20,000 nt of DNA from an uncultured virus (IMG/VR IMGVR_UViG_2061766007_000905). Taxonomy: Duplodnaviria > Heunggongvirae > Uroviricota > Caudoviricetes. The translations under genes were made by a program, and so were the position numbers. The stretch is taken from the IMG/VR virus record IMGVR_UViG_2061766007_000905, one strand, 5' to 3'. The notes below the pieces were generated by a model, which saw only the letters and a list, made by a program, of their open reading frames with translations, was not told the origin of the DNA and searched no databases. Shown piece by piece: positions 1-7,481 of the stretch (within the stretch, counting starts at the first letter, position 1; each line of letters starts with the position of its first letter).

Positions 1-255
1 AGAATTAAATACGAAGATACTTCTGTAAAGCTTCGTAGCGATTGGTCGGACGTTATCAATCACATAAAGCCGGATAACTGGATTACGTTGTTTAACATGC
101 AGATGAAAAATGAAAAGGGAAATCCCATTTCAATTACGTTTGCTGTAACACCGATTAAGGTCAAGAAAGATTACATGTACTTTAATGTTAAACGTTGGGC
201 AATTTTTGACCCGGTAAAGTCCAGGCAGGAAATTCTGGAAGAGGATGATGAGTAA
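1..255 (+). CDS. hypothetical protein, 5' truncated by window edge
   Basis: Open frame from base 1 (RIKYEDTSVKLRSDW...EILEEDDE) to TAA 253-255; next ATG at 258. Confidence 0.75.
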   Translation, partial: RIKYEDTSVKLRSDWSDVINHIKPDNWITLFNMQMKNEKGNPISITFAVTPIKVKKDYMYFNVKRWAIFDPVKSRQEILEEDDE

Positions 256-257
256 TT

Positions 258-869
258 ATGTCAATGGTTATTCCTAATGCATATCTTTTTAAGAAGAATG
301 CTGATTTTAACGACCTTAACAAGTGTATTGCAGAACTTGTAGACCTTAAGAAGAAATACCATGAATGGTTGCTTAAGGAATTTGCTGAACATGATTACAT
401 GAATAAGGATATTTGTCCTATGGGCGATTCTACGACCGACTGGAAACGTATTCGTTCATTCGGCAAGATGTTAAAGGAACGTTCTGAAACGGCAGAACGT
501 GCAGTTGGTTTCGATTTAAGTTTTAATGCTATAATTTATTGCCGACAGGTAAACGGCGTAAACTTTATTGTCGTTCAGTTCTTTCCCGGTATGCATGCCA
601 ACCAGTTTTTAAGGACTAAGCCGATTAACTGGCCGGAATATTGGTACACCAACCAGTGTACTGACGGATGCGAGGATATTCCAGATTATCCTGAACGCGA
701 AGAATTTTGGGAAGGACTTTTTGAAAAGTCTGGTATTCCGTCTGAAAATGGGTTTAATTTTGAATTGATTCCGATGGCTGATTGGGATTTCATGGAATTA
801 GCCCATGACATTTATGATGTAATTAAAGAAAAACAGGAAAAGGAGTCCAAAAATGCTAACCAAAAATGA
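258..869 (+). CDS. hypothetical phage protein, paralog of 11384-11977
   Basis: 203 aa ORF in co-directional gene string; shared blocks with 11384-11977 (ER-x-EFW-xx-L-x-EK, G-I-x-S-xx-G-xxx-E). Confidence 0.85.
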   Translation: MSMVIPNAYLFKKNADFNDLNKCIAELVDLKKKYHEWLLKEFAEHDYMNKDICPMGDSTTDWKRIRSFGKMLKERSETAERAVGFDLSFNAIIYCRQVNGVNFIVVQFFPGMHANQFLRTKPINWPEYWYTNQCTDGCEDIPDYPEREEFWEGLFEKSGIPSENGFNFELIPMADWDFMELAHDIYDVIKEKQEKESKNANQK

Positions 870-1308
870 TGTTGATAAGACACTTGAAGACTACGATAAG
901 CTCGTAGACCGTGCACAACACGTGTTTAATCGTCTTTATACTGAACTTTATAAAAAGCATAATGTTCCGGGATTTTGCGATTGGTCTTGCGGTCAGCTTT
1001 TCAGAGGTCGTGATAACTATGATATGCATGTTCGCCAAACCGACAATAAATGAGATTACGTAGATTTTGGTACTTCCGATACCGATAGGGATGGTGACTT
1101 TATTGGTTATACCGAATTTAAAAAGGAATTCCTTTATGATGACGACGCTTTGACCAAGTATATCAAGGAAGAAGACGAAAAATATACAGAACAAGCGCGT
1201 CGTCAGCGTGAACGTGAGGCGAAAGAACGTCAACGCGCGAAAGAAAAGAAAGAAGCGGAAGAACGCGCCGAATACGAAAGATTAAAAGCAAAATACGGAG
1301 ACAAGTAA
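853..1308 (+). pseudogene. hypothetical protein interrupted by a single in-frame TGA (1051-1053); nonsense allele, readthrough or sequence error
   Basis: AAGGAG SD before ATG 853; the same frame stays open after the TGA (DYVDFGTSD...EERAEYERLKAKYGDK) to TAA 1306-1308, which overlaps the next ATG (TAATG). Confidence 0.7.
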
Positions 1309-2069
1309 TGAAAAATCTTCTTACCGGAAAAGAAAAGTTTTTGTGGTTTATTTGGGATCATAAGTCTGCAATGAATCATTCGATTGAACGATTCGAACAG
1401 GAATTCAAGGCTATTGACCCAGTAATCTATGCACAGCTGAAAGAAAAGTATAATCTTCATTTTGAACATGCTAATATCTGGCCGGATAATTATAAACAGT
1501 TTGGATTCGTAGTTAAAATCAATTACAATAAGCAGAAGTTTAAGTTTATTTCACAAGTTGACGAATTCAAGATTCAGCGATTTTCTACATATTGCGACTT
1601 TGAAGATTATTTCTTGGATAAGGAATTTCCGAGCACAATGTATAATTCCATTCAGGAACTTTTCGATGCAGTTGTAAAGACCAAACAGGATTTTGATGAA
1701 CGAATTTCGATGTATGAAGCAAATGCTGAAAAGTATATTAAGTATATGGATGCCGGCTTCATGTTTAACGATGTTCTTGACCCGAAGCGTGACGGTAATG
1801 CTGAGGTTTACTTGTATATAAATGAAGTCGACAAGTATCTTGACATGCTTCCGGCAGATGCGGAAAAAGACGATTACAAGAAGTTCATTATTGAAACTTT
1901 CAAGGAAAACTTTACGGATGAAGGCGTTACTGTTAATCACGATACTGGCTGCTGGGTAATTACGTACGAACAATGGCTTGTTATCCGTGATGAACGTGCA
2001 AAAGAAAAGAAAGAAATGGAAGAGAAGAACAAGCAGTATAAAAAGCTTCTCGACGCTATAAATAAATAA
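1308..2069 (+). CDS. hypothetical protein
   Basis: 253 aa ORF, GGAG SD, TAATG coupling to upstream gene. Confidence 0.85.
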   Translation: MKNLLTGKEKFLWFIWDHKSAMNHSIERFEQEFKAIDPVIYAQLKEKYNLHFEHANIWPDNYKQFGFVVKINYNKQKFKFISQVDEFKIQRFSTYCDFEDYFLDKEFPSTMYNSIQELFDAVVKTKQDFDERISMYEANAEKYIKYMDAGFMFNDVLDPKRDGNAEVYLYINEVDKYLDMLPADAEKDDYKKFIIETFKENFTDEGVTVNHDTGCWVITYEQWLVIRDERAKEKKEMEEKNKQYKKLLDAINK

Positions 2070-2070
2070 C

Positions 2071-2476
2071 ATGAAATTTGATACTGACTGGCATACATTT
2101 AAAGATTCTAGCCCATGGGATAATCAAGACCAATGGGATAAGTCTTGGTGTATTCTGGTCAATATTAAATTATATCCTTGGAATAAAGATGATCCTTACG
2201 AGATAGTCAACGCGAAGATTGTCTTTGATAAGGAACATAATTGTTGGGATTGGGCGAAGCCAGTAAAAGATAACGATTTTGATGTAGATTGTGACCATCA
2301 TGTATATGATGCAGGTTGGTGGAGGTTTGTAGANNNNNNNNNNAAAGATTGTATTTGATAAGGAACATAATTGTTGGGATTGGGCGAAGCCAGTAAAAGA
2401 CAACGATTTCGACGTAGATTGTGACCATCATGTATATGATGCAGGTTGGTGGAGGTTTGTAGAGGAAGAACTGTGA
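2071..2476 (+). CDS. hypothetical Trp-rich protein (loosely DUF551-like); internal duplication around N gap is an assembly artefact
   Basis: MKFDTDWHTF...; ~120 nt before the gap at 2334-2343 recur after it; merged frame ends GWWRFVEEEL-TGA 2474-2476. Confidence 0.7.
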
Positions 2477-2844
2477 AGAATAGGCAAAAAGACAGATATG
2501 AGAAGAAGCTCCTCCGTTTTATGAAAGAGCATGATAATCTTTGGGAAAAGTCTAAAGATTCTAATGGTATTATCAATGTGGAAAAATGGCGACAACTTTC
2601 GGATGATTTAGAAAAACAGTACGGTATGACCGAGGCTGACCGCCAGCGTGCTTATTCTTTGCACAGACATCACTCTGACAGGCATTATTGGCATGATACG
2701 CAGTTCTATAAGGGCGAGCAAAAACAAAAGGCCTACGACCGCGCAGAACGCAACGGTTCGCGTGCCCAATATTCAGATGAAACTTTAGAAGCCTTTGATA
2801 AGGCTGAACAGGATTGGATTTTAGATGTCTTCGACTGGCAATAA
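2473..2844 (+). CDS. hypothetical protein
   Basis: Likely GTG start at 2473 (GTGA overlap with upstream stop, GAGG SD) within ORF 2446..2844. Confidence 0.75.
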   Translation: MKNRQKDRYEKKLLRFMKEHDNLWEKSKDSNGIINVEKWRQLSDDLEKQYGMTEADRQRAYSLHRHHSDRHYWHDTQFYKGEQKQKAYDRAERNGSRAQYSDETLEAFDKAEQDWILDVFDWQ

Positions 2845-3112
2845 AGAACCTACATGGTCAGAATGGTTGGATTGGAACCAGGATGACATTTATGATACAA
2901 TCTATCATGAAGTTCCAGGTAGTAACTGGGGCGACGTTGAAATAGAATTTGAACATGAAGACGGTCATACAAGTAAGGCTTATATGGTTCCATGGGAAGA
3001 ATACACCGACGACGATTGGTGGAAATCTTATGATTTACAGGATGAGAATTACAAATGGCCGTGTGATACAAAAGATGTCAAAAAATGGCGTTATTTAAAT
3101 GATTGGGAATAA
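2825..3112 (+). CDS. hypothetical acidic Trp-rich protein
   Basis: 95 aa ORF overlapping the upstream stop, in the gene string. Confidence 0.75.
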   Translation: MSSTGNKEPTWSEWLDWNQDDIYDTIYHEVPGSNWGDVEIEFEHEDGHTSKAYMVPWEEYTDDDWWKSYDLQDENYKWPCDTKDVKKWRYLNDWE

Positions 3113-3115
3113 ATT

Positions 3116-3457
3116 ATGATTGATTTCAGTAAAAACGATTTCGCAGTAAATAATTTTTGTAAAAACCTCGTAACTTGGAAACGCATCGCGGAAGAAGCCA
3201 AGGGTAACGAAGACAAGATGGCATTATTCATACTTCCAGAACCGATAATCCATGAATATAAAAAACCTGGTTCTGATGGCAGTGAAGTTATTAAAATGAA
3301 ATTTCCGGCTATGACCATGCTCAAGCTTCCTAGCGGCCAGCAGATTTCTATCCTGGTTCGTTTTGACGAAAACGGTAAGCCTTTGTTTGGCGTTTCCGAA
3401 GACATCATGAAATTGTTTGTTGAAGAACATAAACCAGAAGAATCTAATGGAAATTAA
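3116..3457 (+). CDS. hypothetical protein
   Basis: 113 aa ORF, 3 nt after upstream stop. Confidence 0.8.
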   Translation: MIDFSKNDFAVNNFCKNLVTWKRIAEEAKGNEDKMALFILPEPIIHEYKKPGSDGSEVIKMKFPAMTMLKLPSGQQISILVRFDENGKPLFGVSEDIMKLFVEEHKPEESNGN

Positions 3458-3790
3458 ACACGAAATTGTCAAACAGTTGCACCAAGATACAGGTCATGGA
3501 ATGATGGTCTGTAAACAGGCATTTATCAATAATGGTTGCGATTACAATAAGGCCAAAGATTATCTGTTGAGACATAGGTATTCTCGGCCTTTATCTGGTT
3601 GTGTCTATACAGGACCAGACGAACACGATTATGACTTTGAAGCATTTGACTATGACTTCTGGCATACACGTGTTTCTCGAAAAATCGATGTGTATCTGAC
3701 AAAAGACGGAACTATCGATTATAAAAAGTCTCGTTGGCCAGAACGTATTTCTGACATTCGTGAACGCGAAGCCCGCGAACTGAGACGTAT
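3447..3790 (+). CDS. protein with EF-Ts N-terminal (UBA-like) domain; 3' end lost in N gap
   Basis: MEIKHEIVKQLHQDTGHGMMVCKQAFINNGCDYNKAKDYL matches the EF-Ts N-terminal pattern VKELRERTGAGMMDCKKAL-x3-GD; the remainder is not EF-Ts-like. Confidence 0.75.
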
Positions 3791-3861
3791 NNNNNNNNNN
3801 TAAATGAGTTCCTGGAGTTTGTAGGTAGCTTCTGCACAAAATCAAAAACCTTCATTTATAT

Positions 3862-3938
3862 GCTGTATTAGTTCAGTTGGTTTTTAGAACGACTCCTTGC
3901 CATGGAGTAGGTCACCAGTTCGAGCCTGGTATACAGCT
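3862..3938 (+). tRNA. tRNA-Gly(GCC)
   Basis: Acceptor GCTGTAT/ATACAGC, anticodon arm ACTCC-TTGCCAT-GGAGT, T arm ACCAG-TTCGAGC-CTGGT, U73. Confidence 0.92.
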
Positions 3939-3947
3939 CTAAATAAT

Positions 3948-4020
3948 GTGTCCATGGTGTAGTGGTTTAACATCAGTGACCGCCAGTCATTGGTCGCCGG
4001 TTCGAATCCGGCTGGACGTT
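3948..4020 (+). tRNA. tRNA-Gly(GCC), atypical (C33; G1-U72 and U2-G71)
   Basis: Acceptor GTGTCCA/TGGACGT, anticodon arm AGTGA-CCGCCAG-TCATT, T arm GCCGG-TTCGAAT-CCGGC. Confidence 0.82.
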
Positions 4021-4030
4021 CTAAAAATTT

Positions 4031-4103
4031 GCCTCAGTGGCGCAATTGGTAGCGCAGCTGACTCTTAATCAGTGGGTTGAAGGTTCGAGTCCTTCCTGGG
4101 GTA
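4031..4103 (+). tRNA. tRNA-Lys(CTT)
   Basis: Acceptor GCCTCAG/CTGGGGT, anticodon arm GCTGA-CTCTTAA-TCAGT, T arm GAAGG-TTCGAGT-CCTTC. Confidence 0.95.
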
Positions 4104-4113
4104 CGAAAATTAT

Positions 4114-4204
4114 GGGCACGTAGGCTAAAGAGTGAATAACCGGATTACCAGGAGGCTGTACGCAAGGAAGCCACCGCATACGGGTTCGAATCCCGTCGAG
4201 TCCA
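4114..4204 (+). ncRNA. tRNA-like RNA with Ala acceptor identity and no recognisable anticodon arm (mini-tmRNA/TLD-like)
   Basis: Acceptor GGGCACG/CGAGTCC-A (G3-U70, A73), perfect T arm ACGGG-TTCGAAT-CCCGT, internal helix GGAGGCT/AGCCACC; sits in the tRNA array with the same CTAAAA trailer. Confidence 0.7.
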
Positions 4205-4216
4205 CTAAAAATTTTT

Positions 4217-4289
4217 GCCTCTATATGATAATGGCCTAGTCGAGCTGACTCTTAATCAGCGGGTCCTGGTTCGAGTCCAGGTAGTGGCA
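4217..4289 (+). tRNA. tRNA-Lys(CTT), second divergent copy
   Basis: Acceptor GCCTCTA/TAGTGGC (one U-U mismatch), anticodon arm GCTGA-CTCTTAA-TCAGC, T arm CCTGG-TTCGAGT-CCAGG. Confidence 0.88.
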
Positions 4290-4297
4290 CTAAATAT

Positions 4298-4371
4298 GCG
4301 TCATTGGTGTAATGGCTTAACATGGCTGGCTTCCAACCAGCGGACTGTCGGTTCGAGTCCGACATGACGCT
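4298..4371 (+). tRNA. tRNA-Gly(TCC)
   Basis: Acceptor GCGTCAT/ATGACGC, anticodon arm GCTGG-CTTCCAA-CCAGC, T arm GTCGG-TTCGAGT-CCGAC, U73. Confidence 0.95.
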
Positions 4372-4382
4372 CTAAAATCATC

Positions 4383-4453
4383 CCATACGTAGTGTAACGG
4401 CAGCACAACAAACTGTGACTTTGTTAGATTGTGTTCGACTCACAACTTGTGGA
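4383..4453 (+). tRNA. tRNA-His(GTG), atypical (no encoded G-1, A73)
   Basis: Anticodon arm ACAAA-CTGTGAC-TTTGT, T arm TTGTG-TTCGACT-CACAA, acceptor CCATACG/CTTGTGG with one mismatch. Confidence 0.78.
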
Positions 4454-4520
4454 TTATAAATAGAAAAACGGGACAGATGGTTGCTGCCATTTGTAAGGTA
4501 TTTTATAGAAAATAAAATAA

Positions 4521-4552
4521 GGGTTGACGAAAGTCAATCCATTTTTTATATT
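4521..4552 (+). promoter_or_regulatory. sigma70-type promoter embedded in terminator-like hairpin
   Basis: TTGACG(4524)-N17-TATATT(4547); GGGTTGAC-GAAA-GTCAATCC hairpin followed by T tract. Confidence 0.8.
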
Positions 4553-4573
4553 ATAAACAAAAAGGAGCTTATA

Positions 4574-5395
4574 ATGGGCGCATTGATTACAGAAGATTAT
4601 GCAAAGGAATGTCTTAATGAACTTAACGAAGCGGTAAAGATTAACCCTTCCATGTTCCGCGAAGACAAAGTAAAGTCGTTCTATCAGGACCTTTACGGTA
4701 CCGGTGACCAGAAAATTTATGATGTTTTCGGTGCATACAATAAGGTCTATGCGACCGAAATTCGTTTTACGGAAGACGAATTCAATGCGGTCAAAAATGT
4801 CGTTAAGGAATACGGTTTCGAAATTATTGAAGAAAGCAAGAAGGAATCTCGTGAAGAAGCGATGAAGCGACTCGGCAACGACTATAACCCGGTTCGTGAC
4901 GACTATGCGATTATTCTCCAGAAAGGCGAAGACCAGTTTTATTTGCATGCGTATAAGTCCTGTCCGAATCCTGGGCATTTCGTGAAGCATGCGAAGGCGA
5001 ACAAGCTTGAAGTTACTTATGGCTTTAACCGTTTCTGTGCCAACAAGGAAGATACACGGCATTTCTATACTACTCCGCAGACGCAGTTTATCATGGAGCA
5101 GTTTGACCCGAAGAATTTTAATGCGTTTATCGATATTCTTCGTGCAGGCTTGGAATTAAGACAGTATACTCAGGATAATTCAGATGATTATCATGACGTA
5201 TTGCGTGACCTGTATCATGAAGACGATAAGCGTAAGCGTTCTACCCTTAAGGGCCGTTTGCAGATTATTAAAAAGTATGAAGCGAAGCTCGTCGAGAAGG
5301 CCAAGAAGGCAGCTGAACGTGAAGCTAAGTTGGCTGCAAAGCAGGCCGAACGCGAAGCTAAGAAGGCAGCTAAGAAGGCAGCTAAGAAGAAGTAA
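4574..5395 (+). CDS. hypothetical protein with Lys/Ala-rich (KKAAK) C-terminal tail; paralog of 9783-10389
   Basis: AAGGAG SD before ATG 4574 within ORF 4481..5395; C-terminus AKKAAKKAAKKK. Confidence 0.85.
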   Translation: MGALITEDYAKECLNELNEAVKINPSMFREDKVKSFYQDLYGTGDQKIYDVFGAYNKVYATEIRFTEDEFNAVKNVVKEYGFEIIEESKKESREEAMKRLGNDYNPVRDDYAIILQKGEDQFYLHAYKSCPNPGHFVKHAKANKLEVTYGFNRFCANKEDTRHFYTTPQTQFIMEQFDPKNFNAFIDILRAGLELRQYTQDNSDDYHDVLRDLYHEDDKRKRSTLKGRLQIIKKYEAKLVEKAKKAAEREAKLAAKQAEREAKKAAKKAAKKK

Positions 5396-5535
5396 TATGA
5401 AACAAAAGTATAAGAGTATATGGTTGGATTGCCAGTTAATTAAAAAGAGTTGATATTTNNNNNNNNNNAAGGCAGCAAAGAAGAAGTAATATGAAACAAA
5501 ATTATAAGAGTATATGGTTGGATTGCCAGTTAATT

Positions 5536-5566
5536 AAAAAGAGTTGATATTTGTCAACTCTTTTTT
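5536..5566 (+). terminator. intrinsic terminator (hairpin-family member without a matching + strand promoter)
   Basis: AAAAAGAGTTGA-tatttg-TCAACTCTTTTTT. Confidence 0.75.
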
Positions 5567-5569
5567 ACA

Positions 5570-5577
5570 TATAAATA
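5570..5577 (+). promoter_or_regulatory. T4-type late promoter motif TATAAATA
   Basis: Exact TATAAATA 4 nt upstream of ATG 5582, directly after a terminator; AT-rich background lowers specificity. Confidence 0.55.
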
Positions 5578-5581
5578 TTAT

Positions 5582-6466
5582 ATGGAATTGAATGAAGCTA
5601 TTTTAATATTAAAAGAAAATAATTATATAGTAACAGAATCATTGGTATCTAATGGACCAAAACTTTTGGCTATGATAAATGATTATCTGAAGAAATCTGG
5701 TAACTATGAAGAGCCATTTAGAGTAGCAGAATATATTTTGCACAAATCGACAATTAAAGGCAGTGAATCTTTTAGAGTATATAGGTCTGGCGAAAAACTT
5801 GCTTATAATGATGATTTTCTTAAAGCATTAAAACATGCATGCGATGTTTGCGGGTTCTATTGTAATTTTGACGCTCCGAGAGTAATTAACATTACGCCGA
5901 AACAAATGACGAAGCAAAAGAAAAGAGACCCGGGTAAATGTTTTTATCATGTTTCCAAGGCAGCGAACCTCGATAAGACTGGCATAAGAATTAAGAGTAG
6001 GCTAAAAGATGACATGTTTGACATATATGAAGGCCGAATCTATATGGCGATGATTAAGCCTTCTGGTGTAAAATCACTAATTACGATGATTACGAAAGAA
6101 CATCGTATGAGAATGTCAGAGCTCAATATATATAAAGTTGATGTTCCGGCGAATTATGAAATATATCAAGATCCTACTTTGGGCTCGGCGGTTTATGTTA
6201 CCAATAATATTCCGGCGAAATATGTAACCAAGCTAGACGTGCTTGATTTTATGACGCCGCGATATTATAAAATGCATGATAAGCCGCTCGATTTCAAAAA
6301 AGATAAAGGATTCCATTTCGAACTTTCAAGAATATTTAGCGATTACGGTATAAGTTATGATTTTTATCAGGACCTTATTGAAAAAGAAGCTGACAAGATT
6401 CAAAAAATGTATATGAATGACGATACGCCTCACACGATAGTAAAAAAGCTTTTAGGACTTAAATAA
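5582..6466 (+). CDS. putative ADP-ribosyltransferase/Tpt1-like fold protein, possibly virion-packaged
   Basis: 294 aa; motif order FYHVS...GI...RIYMA...IYKVD...YQDP...AVYVTNNIPAKYV resembles Tpt1/ART-fold proteins; function call by eye only. Confidence 0.5.
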   Translation: MELNEAILILKENNYIVTESLVSNGPKLLAMINDYLKKSGNYEEPFRVAEYILHKSTIKGSESFRVYRSGEKLAYNDDFLKALKHACDVCGFYCNFDAPRVINITPKQMTKQKKRDPGKCFYHVSKAANLDKTGIRIKSRLKDDMFDIYEGRIYMAMIKPSGVKSLITMITKEHRMRMSELNIYKVDVPANYEIYQDPTLGSAVYVTNNIPAKYVTKLDVLDFMTPRYYKMHDKPLDFKKDKGFHFELSRIFSDYGISYDFYQDLIEKEADKIQKMYMNDDTPHTIVKKLLGLK

Positions 6467-6470
6467 TTTA

Positions 6471-6506
6471 AAAAGGGTTGACATTGGTCAACTCTTTTAT
6501 TATATT
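6471..6506 (+). promoter_or_regulatory. hairpin-embedded sigma70-type promoter/terminator
   Basis: TTGACA(6478)-N17-TATATT(6501); AAAAGGGTTGAC-attg-GTCAACTCTTTT. Confidence 0.85.
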
Positions 6507-6530
6507 AATATAATATAGGAAAACATTAGT

Positions 6531-6740
6531 ATGAAAAAGATTGTAAGGAAATTTTTTTATATTGGCGAAGTGTGTATCGGTTTACCGTTCATCACGTGTT
6601 TGTGGTTGATTTTTGACCTCATTCCAGCAATCCAGGCATGGGCGTTCGATAATGACGACATCAAGTTTATTGATTTCATGAAAGCGCGGTTCCATAAGAT
6701 GGTAATCGAGGATTTTGACTTTAATCTATTGATTAAATAA
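6531..6740 (+). CDS. small hypothetical membrane protein
   Basis: 69 aa, AGGA SD, hydrophobic stretch CIGLPFITCLWLIFDLIPAI. Confidence 0.75.
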   Translation: MKKIVRKFFYIGEVCIGLPFITCLWLIFDLIPAIQAWAFDNDDIKFIDFMKARFHKMVIEDFDFNLLIK

Positions 6741-6773
6741 AGGGTTAACATTGGTCAACTCTTTTATTATATT
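6738..6773 (+). promoter_or_regulatory. hairpin-embedded promoter, variant -35 (TTAACA)
   Basis: Near-identical copy of 6471-6506: TTAACA(6745)-N17-TATATT(6768). Confidence 0.7.
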
Positions 6774-6780
6774 AACGTAT

Positions 6781-6993
6781 ATGGATGGTTGTAGTGTATT
6801 AAAGCTTGAAGAATTTATTAAATATTGTAAAACTACATTTTTTATAGATTATGATGGCTATGGTTATTATAGTAATATCAAAGAAATAGGCGAAGACTGT
6901 AATGAACCTGAAGATTTAAAGGTATGGCCTTCAGAAATTTGTGACGGAAAAATTAACTATAATTACAAATACGTGCATTGGTATAATCGATAG
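6781..6993 (+). CDS. hypothetical protein (likely leaderless)
   Basis: ATG 6781 lies 7 nt after the -10 box; the ORF-track TTG start at 6751 falls inside the promoter. Confidence 0.7.
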   Translation: MDGCSVLKLEEFIKYCKTTFFIDYDGYGYYSNIKEIGEDCNEPEDLKVWPSEICDGKINYNYKYVHWYNR

Positions 6994-7002
6994 GAGAATA
7001 TT

Positions 7003-7191
7003 ATGAAAGCTTCTGAACTTTTGGAACAGGTCCAAAATATTATTATAAAATATGGCGATATCGATGTGGTGAAACCATATCGTGAAGAAGGCTGGTTATA
7101 TTCCGAATATGAACCTATTTCTGATGCATCAGTTACACGTAAAGTTATTTGTTATGAAGAAACAGGTCCTTATCTGCTTTCTATTGATTAA
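7003..7191 (+). CDS. small hypothetical phage protein
   Basis: 62 aa, AGGAG SD. Confidence 0.8.
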   Translation: MKASELLEQVQNIIIKYGDIDVVKPYREEGWLYSEYEPISDASVTRKVICYEETGPYLLSID

Positions 7192-7193
7192 AT

Positions 7194-7228
7194 AAGGGGT
7201 TGACATTCGTCAACCTTTTTATTATATT
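7194..7228 (+). promoter_or_regulatory. hairpin-embedded sigma70-type promoter/terminator
   Basis: TTGACA(7200)-N17-TATATT(7223); GGGGTTGAC-attc-GTCAACCTTTTT. Confidence 0.85.
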
Positions 7229-7250
7229 AAAAAATTAGAGAAGTAAAATT

Positions 7251-7481
7251 ATGAAAATTAGTGAAATAATTAACGAGCTAACTGAATTAAAAGAATACAT
7301 CGGCGACAAAGAACTTGAAGCATGCATTGCAAATGCTGTAACAGCAGGTGTCAATGTTATGTATCAGAACGATGATGGTGGCATTACTAGTACGTCGCTG
7401 GAAGGCGAAAAGATGGTCAAGCTAATTAAGGAAACTACGAGTGACCAAGAGGCGCTTGACGAGAAGGCGAATAATAAATGA
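7251..7481 (+). CDS. small hypothetical phage protein
   Basis: 76 aa ORF after promoter; ATGA overlap with next gene. Confidence 0.8.
   Translation: MKISEIINELTELKEYIGDKELEACIANAVTAGVNVMYQNDDGGITSTSLEGEKMVKLIKETTSDQEALDEKANNK

Noticed and set aside
1051..1053. Genome-wide stop-codon reassignment (TGA or TAG)
   Set aside because: Genes are intact under the standard code. TGA ends genes in ATGA/GTGA overlaps (7481, 2476), TAG ends genes at 6993, 13228 and 14206, and only one internal TGA was seen.
2215..2463. Apparent tandem duplications flanking 10-N gaps (also near 5378-5550, 8605-8751 and 17888-18113) that look like frameshifts or repeats
   Set aside because: Each repeat straddles a scaffold gap and differs by only a few substitutions, several of them synonymous. 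This fits unmerged contig overlaps from strain heterogeneity, not real duplications or DGR template/variable repeats.
3801..3860. Possible small structured RNA or preQ1-like element before tRNA cluster 1 (TGTAG-GTAGCTT-CTGCA plus A-rich tail)
   Set aside because: Weak stem, loop does not fit the preQ1 consensus, and upstream context is lost in the N gap. Whether cluster 1 has its own attenuator cannot be judged.
4455..4494. TATAAATA followed by hairpin ACAGATGG/CCATTTGT after tRNA-His
   Set aside because: Could be a small late RNA or processing stem, but a single short hairpin and an AT-rich octamer are insufficient evidence
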